64,000 nucleotides of DNA from Bacilli bacterium (GTDB lineage: Bacteria; Bacillota_I; Bacilli_A; RF39; UBA660): assembly GCA_017435255.1 (NCBI GenBank), contig JAFSFI010000001.1:40055-104054 (forward strand), read 5' to 3'. Position 1 is the stretch's first letter; each line of letters starts with the position of its first letter. The notes below the pieces were generated by a model that ran no database searches, was not told the origin of the DNA, and was given only the letters and a program-made list of their open reading frames with translations. Of this stretch, positions 9,997-19,572 are shown piece after piece. A program made the position numbers and the translations under genes.

Positions 9997-10869
9997 ATGA
10001 AAATAGTTGTTGTACCAAATGATATTAAAGATTTAGATAAATATGTTTCTTCTGGAGCAGAAGGATTTATTTTGGGGTTAAAAGATTATTCAGTTAATTA
10101 TTTTGGAATTACTATAGAGGAAATAAAAAATATTGTAGAAAAATATAAAGATTTAGATATATTTATAAGTATTAATAAAACTATATTTAATAAAGAACTT
10201 AAAGAATTAGAAGAAAAACTTATAGAATTAGATTCTATTCCTATTAAAGGAGTTTTATTTTATGACTTAGGAGTTTTATCAATTTATAAAAAACACAATT
10301 TTTCATATTCATTAGGATGGCATCAAACTCACATGGTTACTAATTATAATACTTGCAATTTCTATTATGATAATGGTGTAGAATACGGTGTATTAGCTAG
10401 TGAAATTACAAAAGATGAAATGATAGAAATAAAAAGGAATACTAATATGAAACTATTTAGTTTTATTATTGGTCATCCTATTATGGCGCATTCTAAAAGA
10501 AGGTTATTAACTAATTATTATAGAAGTCAAAATAAAGAGTATGATGGTAGTTTAAAAAGCATATATGAACGAGATAAAGAATATTTAATTTCTGATAATA
10601 GTGATGGGACATGTATATATGAAGGAGATATAATATCAGGAATAGATTATTTAGGCGAATTAAAAGATTCTCTTATAGAATATGGAATAATACATGGGTT
10701 TAATATAGAAGATAATTTGATAGTTAAATTAGTTTCTTTAACAAAAGAGATAATTACTAATAACAGTAATACAGCTATTAATGAGATTAAATTATTAATT
10801 TGTAATAATACAAGTTTTTTTGATAAGAAGACGATATTTAAGGTGAAGAAAGATGAAAAAAAGAATTGA
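9997..10869 (+). CDS. trhP1: U32 family protein (TrhP1/YrrN-like)
   Basis: HQTHMVTNY, VLASEIT, lacks the Cys cluster; first of a tandem U32 pair. Confidence 0.75.
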   Translation: MKIVVVPNDIKDLDKYVSSGAEGFILGLKDYSVNYFGITIEEIKNIVEKYKDLDIFISINKTIFNKELKELEEKLIELDSIPIKGVLFYDLGVLSIYKKHNFSYSLGWHQTHMVTNYNTCNFYYDNGVEYGVLASEITKDEMIEIKRNTNMKLFSFIIGHPIMAHSKRRLLTNYYRSQNKEYDGSLKSIYERDKEYLISDNSDGTCIYEGDIISGIDYLGELKDSLIEYGIIHGFNIEDNLIVKLVSLTKEIITNNSNTAINEIKLLICNNTSFFDKKTIFKVKKDEKKN

Positions 10870-12037
10870 GTTATTATCTCCTGCGGGGGATTTAGAAAGA
10901 TTAAAAGTAACTTTATTATATGGTGCTGATGCAGTATATATAGGTGGTAAAGATTATAGTTTAAGAGCTAATGCGAATAATTTTTCTATTGAAGAAATAA
11001 AAGAAGCTTGTGATTTTGCACACAAATTAAATAAAAAAGTATATTTAACACTTAATATTGTTTTTCATAATGAAGATATTAGTGGTGTAGAAGACTATAT
11101 CAAATCTGTAGCAGAATGTGGTATAGATGCGTTTATTGTTAGTGATCCCTTTATTATTAGACATATAAAAAATAATTATCCTAATGTTGAAGTGCATTTG
11201 AGTACTCAAAATTCCACTGCTAATATTGAATCGGTTAACTTTTTTAAAGAAGAAGGTATCGATAGAGTAGTACTTGCGCGCGAATTATCTTTATGTGAAA
11301 TAAAAGAAGTAATAGATAATACAGAAGTAGATGTTGAAATATTTATTCATGGTGCTATGTGCACTTTCTATAGTGGTAGATGTACTTTATCAAACTATTT
11401 AACTAATAGAGACTCTAATCGTGGTGGATGTAGTCAGGTATGTCGTTTCGCTTTTAATATAGAAAATGAAGGGCAAAAATTTACTATGGCTACTAAAGAT
11501 TTAAATGCATCTCGTTATATTAGTTCTTTGATAGGTATAGGTGTTACGTCATTAAAAGTTGAAGGAAGGATGCGCTCTTTATACTATTTGGCTACAGTTA
11601 TTGGGTGTTATAGAAAAATAATTGATGCATATTATGATAATAAACTAACTGAAGAATATTTAGAATATCAAGAAAAGGTCTTATCTCGTGTTGCAAATAG
11701 AGAAACTTCTGCCCATTATTTAGAACATGAAGCTGATTATAAAGATCAATATTATACAGGTAGACAAGAACTGTCTAATCAAGATTTTTTAGGACTAGTT
11801 ATTTCTTATGATGAACAAGAAAAAATTGTAACTCTAGTTGAGAGAAATTATTTTGAAGTAGGAGATGAAGTTGAACTATTTACTCCTAGTGGTGAAATAT
11901 ATTCGTTTACTATTAATGAAATGTATAATGATGATATGGAATCTATAAGTGTTGCAAGACATCCTGAAGAAATTATTAAATTAAAATTAGATGGAAATAT
12001 TGTAGAATATTCTATGTTAAGAAAGAAAGTGAAATAA
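10853..12037 (+). CDS. trhP2: U32 family tRNA hydroxylation protein (TrhP2/YrrO-like)
   Basis: ELLSPAG, GADAVYIG, HGAMCTFYSGRCTLS, RGGCSQVCR, SLKVEGRMRS. Confidence 0.9.
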   Translation: MKKRIELLSPAGDLERLKVTLLYGADAVYIGGKDYSLRANANNFSIEEIKEACDFAHKLNKKVYLTLNIVFHNEDISGVEDYIKSVAECGIDAFIVSDPFIIRHIKNNYPNVEVHLSTQNSTANIESVNFFKEEGIDRVVLARELSLCEIKEVIDNTEVDVEIFIHGAMCTFYSGRCTLSNYLTNRDSNRGGCSQVCRFAFNIENEGQKFTMATKDLNASRYISSLIGIGVTSLKVEGRMRSLYYLATVIGCYRKIIDAYYDNKLTEEYLEYQEKVLSRVANRETSAHYLEHEADYKDQYYTGRQELSNQDFLGLVISYDEQEKIVTLVERNYFEVGDEVELFTPSGEIYSFTINEMYNDDMESISVARHPEEIIKLKLDGNIVEYSMLRKKVK

Positions 12038-12038
12038 T

Positions 12039-13163
12039 ATGAATTTTGATGACATTAAGAAAAACTTAATTGAAAGAGAAAACTCTTTATCAATCCATGC
12101 GACTAAAAGTACTAGTTCAATTAGATTGAAAGAAGAAACCAGCGATCTTAGACCGGCGTTTTTTAGGGATGTAGATAGAATTCTTCATAGTATTTCTTAC
12201 ACTAGATATATGGATAAGACACAAGTGTTTTCCTTTAAAGATAATGATCATATATCTAAAAGAATTGTACATGTTCAACTAGTTAGTAAAGTGGCAAGAA
12301 CCATAGGAAGATGTTTAAATTTAAATGAAGATTTAATAGAAGCTATAGCATTAGGACATGATATTGGTCATACTCCTATTGGGCATGTTGGAGAAGCTAT
12401 ATTAAATGAAATATCACAAAGAGAACTAAATGAATATTTTATGCATAATGTTCAAAGCGTTAGAACTTATCTCGATATAGATAACTTTGGTAAGGGAAAT
12501 AATTTGTCAGTACAAGTATTAGATGGAATTTTATGTCATAACGGAGAAATTCTAGAGAATATCTATGAACCTAATTTTACTAAAACAAAAGAAATGTTTT
12601 TAGAAGAATACAAGAATTGTTATACAAACTTGGAAGTCGCGAGAAAACTTAGACCAATGACTTTAGAAGGCTGTATAGTAAGAATATCTGATATAATCGC
12701 ATACATTGGTAGAGATATAGAAGACGCTATTAGACTAGGAGAATTAGAAAGAAGTGATATACCTAGTCATATAACAGATGTACTGGGGGATAATAACAAA
12801 AGCATAGTAAATACTATTATTATGGATATAGTAAAAAACAGTTATAATAAACCATATATAAAAATGAGTAAAGAAGTATATGATGCCGTATTTGAACTAA
12901 AAAGCTTCAATAGAAAAAATATTTATGCTAAAGCAAATAGTAAAGAAGAAGTAAACTATTATAAAGATGCATTTAATAAATTATTTAGTAAATATTTAGA
13001 AGATTTAGAATATAATAGAAAAGATAGCGAAATATATACACTTTATATTAATAATATGAGTAAAGATTATGTTGAAAAAACAGTAAAACAAAGAATCGTG
13101 CTAGATTTTATATCTGGTATGACCGATGATTTTTTTATTAAATCATATAATAATATTAAGTAG
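12039..13163 (+). CDS. HD-domain dNTP triphosphohydrolase (dGTPase-like)
   Basis: FFRDVDRILHS, MDKTQVF, LGHDIGHTPIGHVGE, LEGCIVRISDIIAY, DFISGMTD. Confidence 0.9.
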   Translation: MNFDDIKKNLIERENSLSIHATKSTSSIRLKEETSDLRPAFFRDVDRILHSISYTRYMDKTQVFSFKDNDHISKRIVHVQLVSKVARTIGRCLNLNEDLIEAIALGHDIGHTPIGHVGEAILNEISQRELNEYFMHNVQSVRTYLDIDNFGKGNNLSVQVLDGILCHNGEILENIYEPNFTKTKEMFLEEYKNCYTNLEVARKLRPMTLEGCIVRISDIIAYIGRDIEDAIRLGELERSDIPSHITDVLGDNNKSIVNTIIMDIVKNSYNKPYIKMSKEVYDAVFELKSFNRKNIYAKANSKEEVNYYKDAFNKLFSKYLEDLEYNRKDSEIYTLYINNMSKDYVEKTVKQRIVLDFISGMTDDFFIKSYNNIK

Positions 13164-13186
13164 AAATTGCTGTTAACAAAATTAAC

Positions 13187-13215
13187 TTGACAAAAAAATA
13201 TAAATGTAGTATTAT
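13187..13215 (+). promoter_or_regulatory. SigA promoter of greA
   Basis: TTGACA-N17-TATTAT. Confidence 0.7.
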
Positions 13216-13240
13216 GTTGAATTGTATGAGGTGACCAGAT

Positions 13241-13711
13241 ATGCGTGAAAAGAAAATATATTTGACCCAGGAAGGTCTAGAAGAATTAAAAAAAGAGTTA
13301 GATGAATTAATAAATGTAAAACGTCCTGAAAACATTCAAGCAATTAAAGAAGCTAGGGCATTAGGGGACTTATCTGAAAACGCTGACTATGATGCAGCTA
13401 AAAATGATCAGGCTGAGATTGAAGGGCGTATTAAAAGAATAGAAAAAATGTTAGACAATGTAGAAATAATTGAAAAAAAGATTAGTGATGTAGTGTCACT
13501 TGGTTCTACTGTATGTATCAAATATTGTGATGACGATGATGAAGAAGATGAATATCAAATCGTAGGTAGTCAAGAAGCAGACCCATTTATGAGTAAAATT
13601 TCAAACGAAAGTCCAATTGCTAAAGCAATTATGAATAAAAGAGTTGGAGATGTTGTAGAAGTAGAAAGCCCAAATGGTGTTTATAAAATAGAAATAACTG
13701 AAATAAAATAG
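13241..13711 (+). CDS. greA: Transcription elongation factor GreA
   Basis: GDLSENADYDAAK, ISNESPIAKAI. Confidence 0.97.
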   Translation: MREKKIYLTQEGLEELKKELDELINVKRPENIQAIKEARALGDLSENADYDAAKNDQAEIEGRIKRIEKMLDNVEIIEKKISDVVSLGSTVCIKYCDDDDEEDEYQIVGSQEADPFMSKISNESPIAKAIMNKRVGDVVEVESPNGVYKIEITEIK

Positions 13712-13806
13712 TGTAAAAAAGTGCATTTTGTCACTTTTTTTTATTTGTTCTATTTATAAATATATTAAAATGTGTTATTATTTATTTAAAGATAGAGGAG
13801 GATATT

Positions 13807-14490
13807 ATGAAAAAATTTAAATTTGTAAACATTTTACTAATATTAATGATGATTTTTACTATTCCTGTGGCTCATGCTCATGAGGTTGAAGTAGATAAAG
13901 ATAACATTACAATTCAATCTGTGGAGGGAACTATTTACAGTGGAAGTGAGATTGTTGTTAATAAGGAGAAACTAGGCATTAGTGATTATGAAGTGTATTA
14001 TCAATATGTTGTAATTGAAAATCAAGTATATAAATTATATATGGAAAAATTAGAAGAACAAAATGAATACATAAAAAACTTTCTAAAAGATAATAATCTA
14101 GAAGATATAAATGATGCTAGCAATGAATTAAAAGAGGATTATATAGCAGCAATGGAAGGGTTTATTGAAGAAGCAGAAACAATTTTACCAGCATATGTGG
14201 AAGATAACTGGGTAAAATCTACAGATGGTACAACAAAACTAGACTTAACAGAGGTACCAGAAAACTCTTTAGGATTTCAACCTTACTCATTATGGATAAA
14301 AGTTGTACCAACAGATGAAGGTAAAGAACCAGTTTATAATGATATTGTTGTTGAGGCAGAAAGACAAGTAGTAGATAGTGAATTAAAAGAAGAAAATGCT
14401 AGTACTGGTGACGGTGTTATGTGGATTGCATTAAGTGCAGTAGTACTTGCTGGTATAATGGTTGTAAGTTATAAAAAATCAAATGCATAA
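13807..14490 (+). CDS. Secreted protein with C-terminal sortase-like anchor
   Basis: Signal peptide ending AHA; C-terminus ENASTGD + hydrophobic helix + KK. Confidence 0.7.
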   Translation: MKKFKFVNILLILMMIFTIPVAHAHEVEVDKDNITIQSVEGTIYSGSEIVVNKEKLGISDYEVYYQYVVIENQVYKLYMEKLEEQNEYIKNFLKDNNLEDINDASNELKEDYIAAMEGFIEEAETILPAYVEDNWVKSTDGTTKLDLTEVPENSLGFQPYSLWIKVVPTDEGKEPVYNDIVVEAERQVVDSELKEENASTGDGVMWIALSAVVLAGIMVVSYKKSNA

Positions 14491-14519
14491 TAAAAGGTAG
14501 CTTAGCTACCTTTATTTTT
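14491..14519. terminator. Bidirectional terminator
   Basis: AAAAGGTAGC-TTA-GCTACCTTTATTTTT. Confidence 0.8.
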
Positions 14520-14607
14520 GTTTGAAAAATAATAATTCAGTTAACAAAATCACAATTATACAAACTAATAATATAATAAATAAATTTATAAAATCACTAC
14601 TTATCAT
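14512..14607 (-). CDS. Putative 31-aa single-pass membrane peptide (not in ORF track)
   Basis: MISSDFINLFIILLVCIIVILLTELLFFKQK. RBS GAGGT 6 nt before ATG, TTGTAT-N17-TAAAAT upstream, ends in the shared terminator. Confidence 0.5.
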   Translation of the reverse strand: MISSDFINLFIILLVCIIVILLTELLFFKQK

Positions 14608-14773
14608 GGTACTACCTCAATCCACTAAGTTAACTATCTGCTATACTATAATAGTATTTTATCCTAATATTAAAAAAAATACAACAAATAAAATAATAAT
14701 TTAAACGTATTTCAAAAAATCTTGAATAAAAAGCATATTTCATATATAATATAGGAGTATTGGAGGAAATATT

Positions 14774-16033
14774 ATGGCAAAAAAAGATAATAAACATGAA
14801 ATTATAGTAAAAATAGAAGGTGAATCTTGGGAGAGTGCCCTTGATAAAGCATTTAAAGAAGAAGTAAAAAAAGTAAATGTAGATGGTTTTAGAAAAGGTA
14901 AAGTTCCAAGAGACGTTTTTGAAAAAAGATATGGTAAGGAACGTTTATATATTCCTGCAGTTGACTATGTTATTGAAGAAGCATATGTTAAAGCAATAGA
15001 AGATTCTAAACTAATTCCAGTAGTACAACCAAAATTAGAAATTGTTAGTGTTAACGAAAGTGGAGTAGAAATTAAATTTATTATAACTACTAAACCTGAA
15101 GTTAAAATTAAAAAATATAAGGGATTAGGAATTAAACCAGAAAAAGTTAAAGTTACTAAAGAAGAAATAGAACATGAACTAGGACACATATTAGAAAGAT
15201 ATAGCGAATTAAAAGTAAAAGAAGGTTCTGTTGAGGAAGGTAATATTGCTATAATCGATTTTGAAGGGTTTAAAGATGGTGTTGCATTCGAAGGTGGAAA
15301 AGGTGAAAACTATGAGCTTGAAATCGGAAGTCACACGTTTATTCCAGGATTTGAAGAACAATTAGTAGGAATGAATACTAACGAAGAAAAAGAAATCGAA
15401 GTTACATTCCCAGAAGAATATCCTGCTGAAGAATTAAAAGGTGCTAAAGCGACTTTTAAAGTTAAAGTTAATGAAATTAAAGAAAAAGTGGCAAGAGATT
15501 TTGATGAAGAATTATTTGAAGACCTTGGTATGGAAGGCGTAGATTCAAAAGAATCTTTAGAAAAAGAAATTGAAGCTAATATTAAGGCACATAAAGAAGT
15601 TGATTCTGAAAACAAATATGTTGATGCATTATTAGAAGCAGTTGGAAAAAATACAGAAGTAGATATTCCAGAAGAAATGGTTGAAGAAGAAGTAGATAGA
15701 TTACTACATAGATTTGAAGAACAAATTAAAATGCAAGGAATCTCTTTAGAATTGTATTATCAATTTACTAACTCTAAAGAAGAAGACTTAAGAAATCAAT
15801 TAGAGAAAGAAGCTTATAATCATGTATTATATCGTCTAATGCTAGAAGAAGTAGCTATCTTAGAAAAGATAGAAATTACTGATGAAGAAGCAGAAAAAGA
15901 AGCTGATAACTTATCTAGCAAATACCAAATGGAAAAAGAAGAGTTCTTAAAGATGTTTGGTGGATTAGATATGATTAAATACGATTTAGAAATGCGCAGA
16001 GTAATTGATCTATTAAAAGAATTAAATAAATAA
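14774..16033 (+). CDS. tig: Trigger factor
   Basis: GFRKGKVP ribosome-binding motif; FKBP domain (IDFEG, LEIGSHTFIPGFEEQLVG, FPEEY). Confidence 0.97.
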   Translation: MAKKDNKHEIIVKIEGESWESALDKAFKEEVKKVNVDGFRKGKVPRDVFEKRYGKERLYIPAVDYVIEEAYVKAIEDSKLIPVVQPKLEIVSVNESGVEIKFIITTKPEVKIKKYKGLGIKPEKVKVTKEEIEHELGHILERYSELKVKEGSVEEGNIAIIDFEGFKDGVAFEGGKGENYELEIGSHTFIPGFEEQLVGMNTNEEKEIEVTFPEEYPAEELKGAKATFKVKVNEIKEKVARDFDEELFEDLGMEGVDSKESLEKEIEANIKAHKEVDSENKYVDALLEAVGKNTEVDIPEEMVEEEVDRLLHRFEEQIKMQGISLELYYQFTNSKEEDLRNQLEKEAYNHVLYRLMLEEVAILEKIEITDEEAEKEADNLSSKYQMEKEEFLKMFGGLDMIKYDLEMRRVIDLLKELNK

Positions 16034-16188
16034 TAAAAATAAGAAACTATATTCTAATATCAGGATATAGTTTTAATTTACACTTTTTGTCAAAGGAAAA
16101 AATTTTATAACTAATTATAATTCTGTACTTGCAAATTCCTAGTGGTTGGGCGGTATAATGTGTATATAAAGAAAGAAGGAGTGAAAGG

Positions 16189-16902
16189 ATGGAAAAGAAA
16201 AATAATAAAGGGGTAGTAATTTCATTATTGGTAGTAATAGCAGTATTAATAGTTTCTATTACATACATGTTTATAAGTGGAACAATATCATTAAATAGTA
16301 ACGAAAAAGACAAATGTGATGTAGAAGTAGTTGAAGATGATGAAATTAATTATCTAAAACAAATACCGGTAAAAGTCTTATTTGGACGCTATGGTGATAG
16401 TCCAACAAATATTATATTATATGATGGAGCGGTATATATTCGAATGGAAGAATGTTTTCCAAAAGAGAATATTCTTGCATATATTTGTGATCCGGTTAGT
16501 AATATAACAACAGCATATCAAAAATATAATTTTGAGCATTTTGAATACAATATGGTCTTTAATTATCCACTAGAAGATACAGAATTTGTAGGGTTAAAAT
16601 TGAATGTTGATGATGTTAAAGCAATATATTCTGTTGAACAAGGTCAAGCAAACGCACCTCGTAGTCAAGGTTTTGTATTAGTAAAAAATGATGGCTCAGT
16701 TGAAATGATTTCTTATCAGGATATTTTTGACTTGAATTTAACACCAACTAAGATTTCTGATTTAAAAAATATCGTTAATGTTGTTAATGAGGTTCATGAA
16801 GATCAAGGTGGTCCTGATGGTGTTGTATTAGGTGGTGGAATATACACTTATGCAATAGATTCTGAGGGCAACAGGTATAATTTATACAATTATTTTAATT
16901 AA
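16189..16902 (+). CDS. Membrane-anchored hypothetical protein
   Basis: N-terminal basic + TM segment almost identical to that of 55284..56144; beta-rich ectodomain. Confidence 0.8.
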   Translation: MEKKNNKGVVISLLVVIAVLIVSITYMFISGTISLNSNEKDKCDVEVVEDDEINYLKQIPVKVLFGRYGDSPTNIILYDGAVYIRMEECFPKENILAYICDPVSNITTAYQKYNFEHFEYNMVFNYPLEDTEFVGLKLNVDDVKAIYSVEQGQANAPRSQGFVLVKNDGSVEMISYQDIFDLNLTPTKISDLKNIVNVVNEVHEDQGGPDGVVLGGGIYTYAIDSEGNRYNLYNYFN

Positions 16903-16978
16903 TTTAAATAATAAAAAGTCGTAAGGCTTTTTTTTTATTTAAAATTATGTTAACATATACATAGAATAGGGTGATGAT

Positions 16979-17482
16979 ATGAAAAATAATAGTAATGATT
17001 CAGGGGCAACAAAACTTTTATGTTATTTGGGGATTTTTATTTTGTTATTATTTATAATACTGCCTCCATTGTTTAGGGTTTTATTCCCTGTAGAAGAGGA
17101 AATAGAGGAGGAAAAGAAACAGGTTATAATGAACTTAACATGTGAAAAAACAGAAGATTTTGTAGAATATAAGGTAAAAACAACTATTAATACTAATTAT
17201 GTAGATGGTGTAATTAATGACTCAGTATTTAAATATGAAATAGAAATAGTTGAAGAATTTATGGAGAATGATGATATTGAGATAGAAGAATATGAAACGT
17301 TGAAAAGGATAAATAATGTTGATTTTGAAGAAGAGGAAAATTTATATACATTAAAGATTGACTATAAAAAATTTGGTTATAATGACGAACCATTGTTAGA
17401 TGAACACAGAAAAAATATAAGTGATCAAATGCGTTTTTATACAGAAGAAGAACACTTTGAATGTAAAACTACCCAAAGTTAA
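16979..17482 (+). CDS. Membrane-anchored hypothetical protein (acidic ectodomain, two Cys)
   Basis: One TM near the N-terminus; RBS GGGTGA. Confidence 0.75.
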   Translation: MKNNSNDSGATKLLCYLGIFILLLFIILPPLFRVLFPVEEEIEEEKKQVIMNLTCEKTEDFVEYKVKTTINTNYVDGVINDSVFKYEIEIVEEFMENDDIEIEEYETLKRINNVDFEEEENLYTLKIDYKKFGYNDEPLLDEHRKNISDQMRFYTEEEHFECKTTQS

Positions 17483-17493
17483 CAGGAGGTTTT

Positions 17494-18858
17494 ATGAAAA
17501 TTAATAAGCATATCTTTAGAGGGTATGATATAAGAGGAAAGTATCCTACTGATTTAAATAGTGATGTTGCTAATATTATTGGTAGAAGTTTTGGTACATA
17601 TGTAAAAAGACTTGGTAAAGATACTTGTATTGTAGGAAGAGATAACAGATATTCTTCTTTAGAGTTATCTACTTCTTTAATAGAGGGTATTTTATCAACA
17701 GGTATTAATGTCATCGACATAGGTCTTGTTACCACGCCGATGTATTATTATGCTTGTATTTTAAAAAACAATCCGACAGGAATTATGATCACTGCTAGTC
17801 ATAATCCAAAAGATGATAATGGATTTAAGTTTGCTTTTGATGAAAGAGGAAATGCAAGAGGTGAAATGATTGAAGACTTTAGAGCTTTTACTCTAAAGGG
17901 AGAGTTTGACACAGGAGTTGGAAGATTAACTAAATTTGATGTTAGAGATGATTATATAAAACTGATGTTATCATCTATTAATTTTGGAAAAAAAGAATTA
18001 AAAGTAGTATTGGATTTAGGAAATGGTACAACTTCGTTTATAGCTAAGGATATATTTTATCGTTTTCCTGTTGATGTAGAAGTAATTTATGGTGAGAGTG
18101 ATCCTAATTTTCCTAATCATCATCCAGATCCAAGTATAGAAGAAAATCTAAAATCACTAAAAAGAAAAGTATTAGAACTAGATGCTGATATAGGTATTGC
18201 ATTTGATGGTGATGGTGATAGACTTGGCGTTATTGATGAGAAAGGTAACTATGTTTCAACTGATAAATTAATGATTGTAATAATTAGAGATATTATTAAT
18301 AAAGTTAATAATAAAAAGTTTCTATATGATGTAAAATGTTCAAAATCTTTAGAAGATGAAATAATAAAACTTGGTGGCATTCCGGTTTGTTATAGAACAG
18401 GTAATTCATATGTTAAAGCAAAAATTAAAGAGGATAATATTCCTTTTGGAGGAGAACTATCAGGACATGTTTATTTCAATGATACTTGGCCAGGTTTTGA
18501 TTCAGGAATATACGCTGGACTAAGATTAATTGAAATTTTATCAAAAAATGATAAAAGCTTAAGTGAATTATTAGATGGAATTAACTATTATGAGGAAACT
18601 CCAGAAATAAAAATTATATCAAAAGACGAAGTGAAATTTGATGTAGTTAATAAAATAAAAGATTATTGTATAGAAAAAGGATATAATATTATCAGTATTG
18701 ATGGTGTTAAAGTGAATTTTTCTTTCGGATGGGCACTTATTAGGTGTAGTAACACAGGCCCTCATATAACTATGAAATTTGAAGCCGACAACAAAGAAAA
18801 ATTAAAAGAAATGCAGGATGAATTTATGGTTTTGGTTGATAAGTATAACAATGTGTAA
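17494..18858 (+). CDS. Phosphomannomutase/phosphoglucomutase
   Basis: ITASHNP, FDGDGDR, GGELSGH, LIRCSNT. Confidence 0.95.
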   Translation: MKINKHIFRGYDIRGKYPTDLNSDVANIIGRSFGTYVKRLGKDTCIVGRDNRYSSLELSTSLIEGILSTGINVIDIGLVTTPMYYYACILKNNPTGIMITASHNPKDDNGFKFAFDERGNARGEMIEDFRAFTLKGEFDTGVGRLTKFDVRDDYIKLMLSSINFGKKELKVVLDLGNGTTSFIAKDIFYRFPVDVEVIYGESDPNFPNHHPDPSIEENLKSLKRKVLELDADIGIAFDGDGDRLGVIDEKGNYVSTDKLMIVIIRDIINKVNNKKFLYDVKCSKSLEDEIIKLGGIPVCYRTGNSYVKAKIKEDNIPFGGELSGHVYFNDTWPGFDSGIYAGLRLIEILSKNDKSLSELLDGINYYEETPEIKIISKDEVKFDVVNKIKDYCIEKGYNIISIDGVKVNFSFGWALIRCSNTGPHITMKFEADNKEKLKEMQDEFMVLVDKYNNV

Positions 18859-18961
18859 ATTTACATTAACTTTATTAATAACAAAGCAAAGTAACTTTAC
18901 TTTGTTTTTTAATTTTGTTATTCTTAATTTAAGATAATAAGTTAATGATAAGGAGTTAAAA

Positions 18962-19483
18962 ATGAAAAAATTAGTTTATTTATTATTAGTAGTATCCATT
19001 ATGTTTAGTGGGGTAGTTGCTTATGCTGCATTACCATATCAAGAAAATATTAAAAGGGTAACATTATATACTTATGATGGTATATACACAACACGTAGAT
19101 ATGTTGAAAATTATTCTAGAATGGAAAATGTTTTGAAAGTTATTAGCGATAAGAAGGAAACTGATAAAACAGTAGGGGAAAAAGAAAAATTAACAAATTT
19201 GGAACTATCATACGCAGATGGAAGTGTAAAAAAAGTTGTTTTTTATGGTAATAACATTATTGGTGTAACAGAAAATGGTACTGAAGTTATGTATGAAGTT
19301 GATTATGGTAGTGATATTGAAGCCACTATTATTGCTCAATTTAGTGATATAAAAGTTGGAAGTGGAAGTGAAAGTACTAATGGAAATCCTCAAACAGGAG
19401 ATAATGTATTATTGATTGGAGGACTACTAATTGTTACTTCTTGTGTTGCATTTATAGCGTATCGTAAAACAAGATTAAGTTAA
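18962..19483 (+). CDS. Secreted protein with NPQTGD sorting signal
   Basis: Signal peptide ending AYA; C-terminus NPQTGD + TM + YRKTR. Confidence 0.75.
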   Translation: MKKLVYLLLVVSIMFSGVVAYAALPYQENIKRVTLYTYDGIYTTRRYVENYSRMENVLKVISDKKETDKTVGEKEKLTNLELSYADGSVKKVVFYGNNIIGVTENGTEVMYEVDYGSDIEATIIAQFSDIKVGSGSESTNGNPQTGDNVLLIGGLLIVTSCVAFIAYRKTRLS

Positions 19484-19572
19484 TTAATTTACAAAGTATT
19501 TACAAACATTAGACTAAAGAATCTTTTCTTTAGTCTTTAATTTTATTATAATTACAATAGAGGTGTTACGAT

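Noticed and set aside
12039-13163. dGTPase as an antiphage defence gene
   Set aside because: It is embedded in a housekeeping operon, overlaps no defence island and looks like the ordinary short HD dGTPase.
14522-14704. 60-aa plus-strand ORF before tig
   Set aside because: Low-complexity N/I/K sequence, TTG start with no RBS; the opposite strand has a better-supported small ORF.
16941-16955. TTATGTTAAC resembling the XerD arm of a dif site
   Set aside because: No matching XerC arm; the upstream bases are the U-tract of a terminator.
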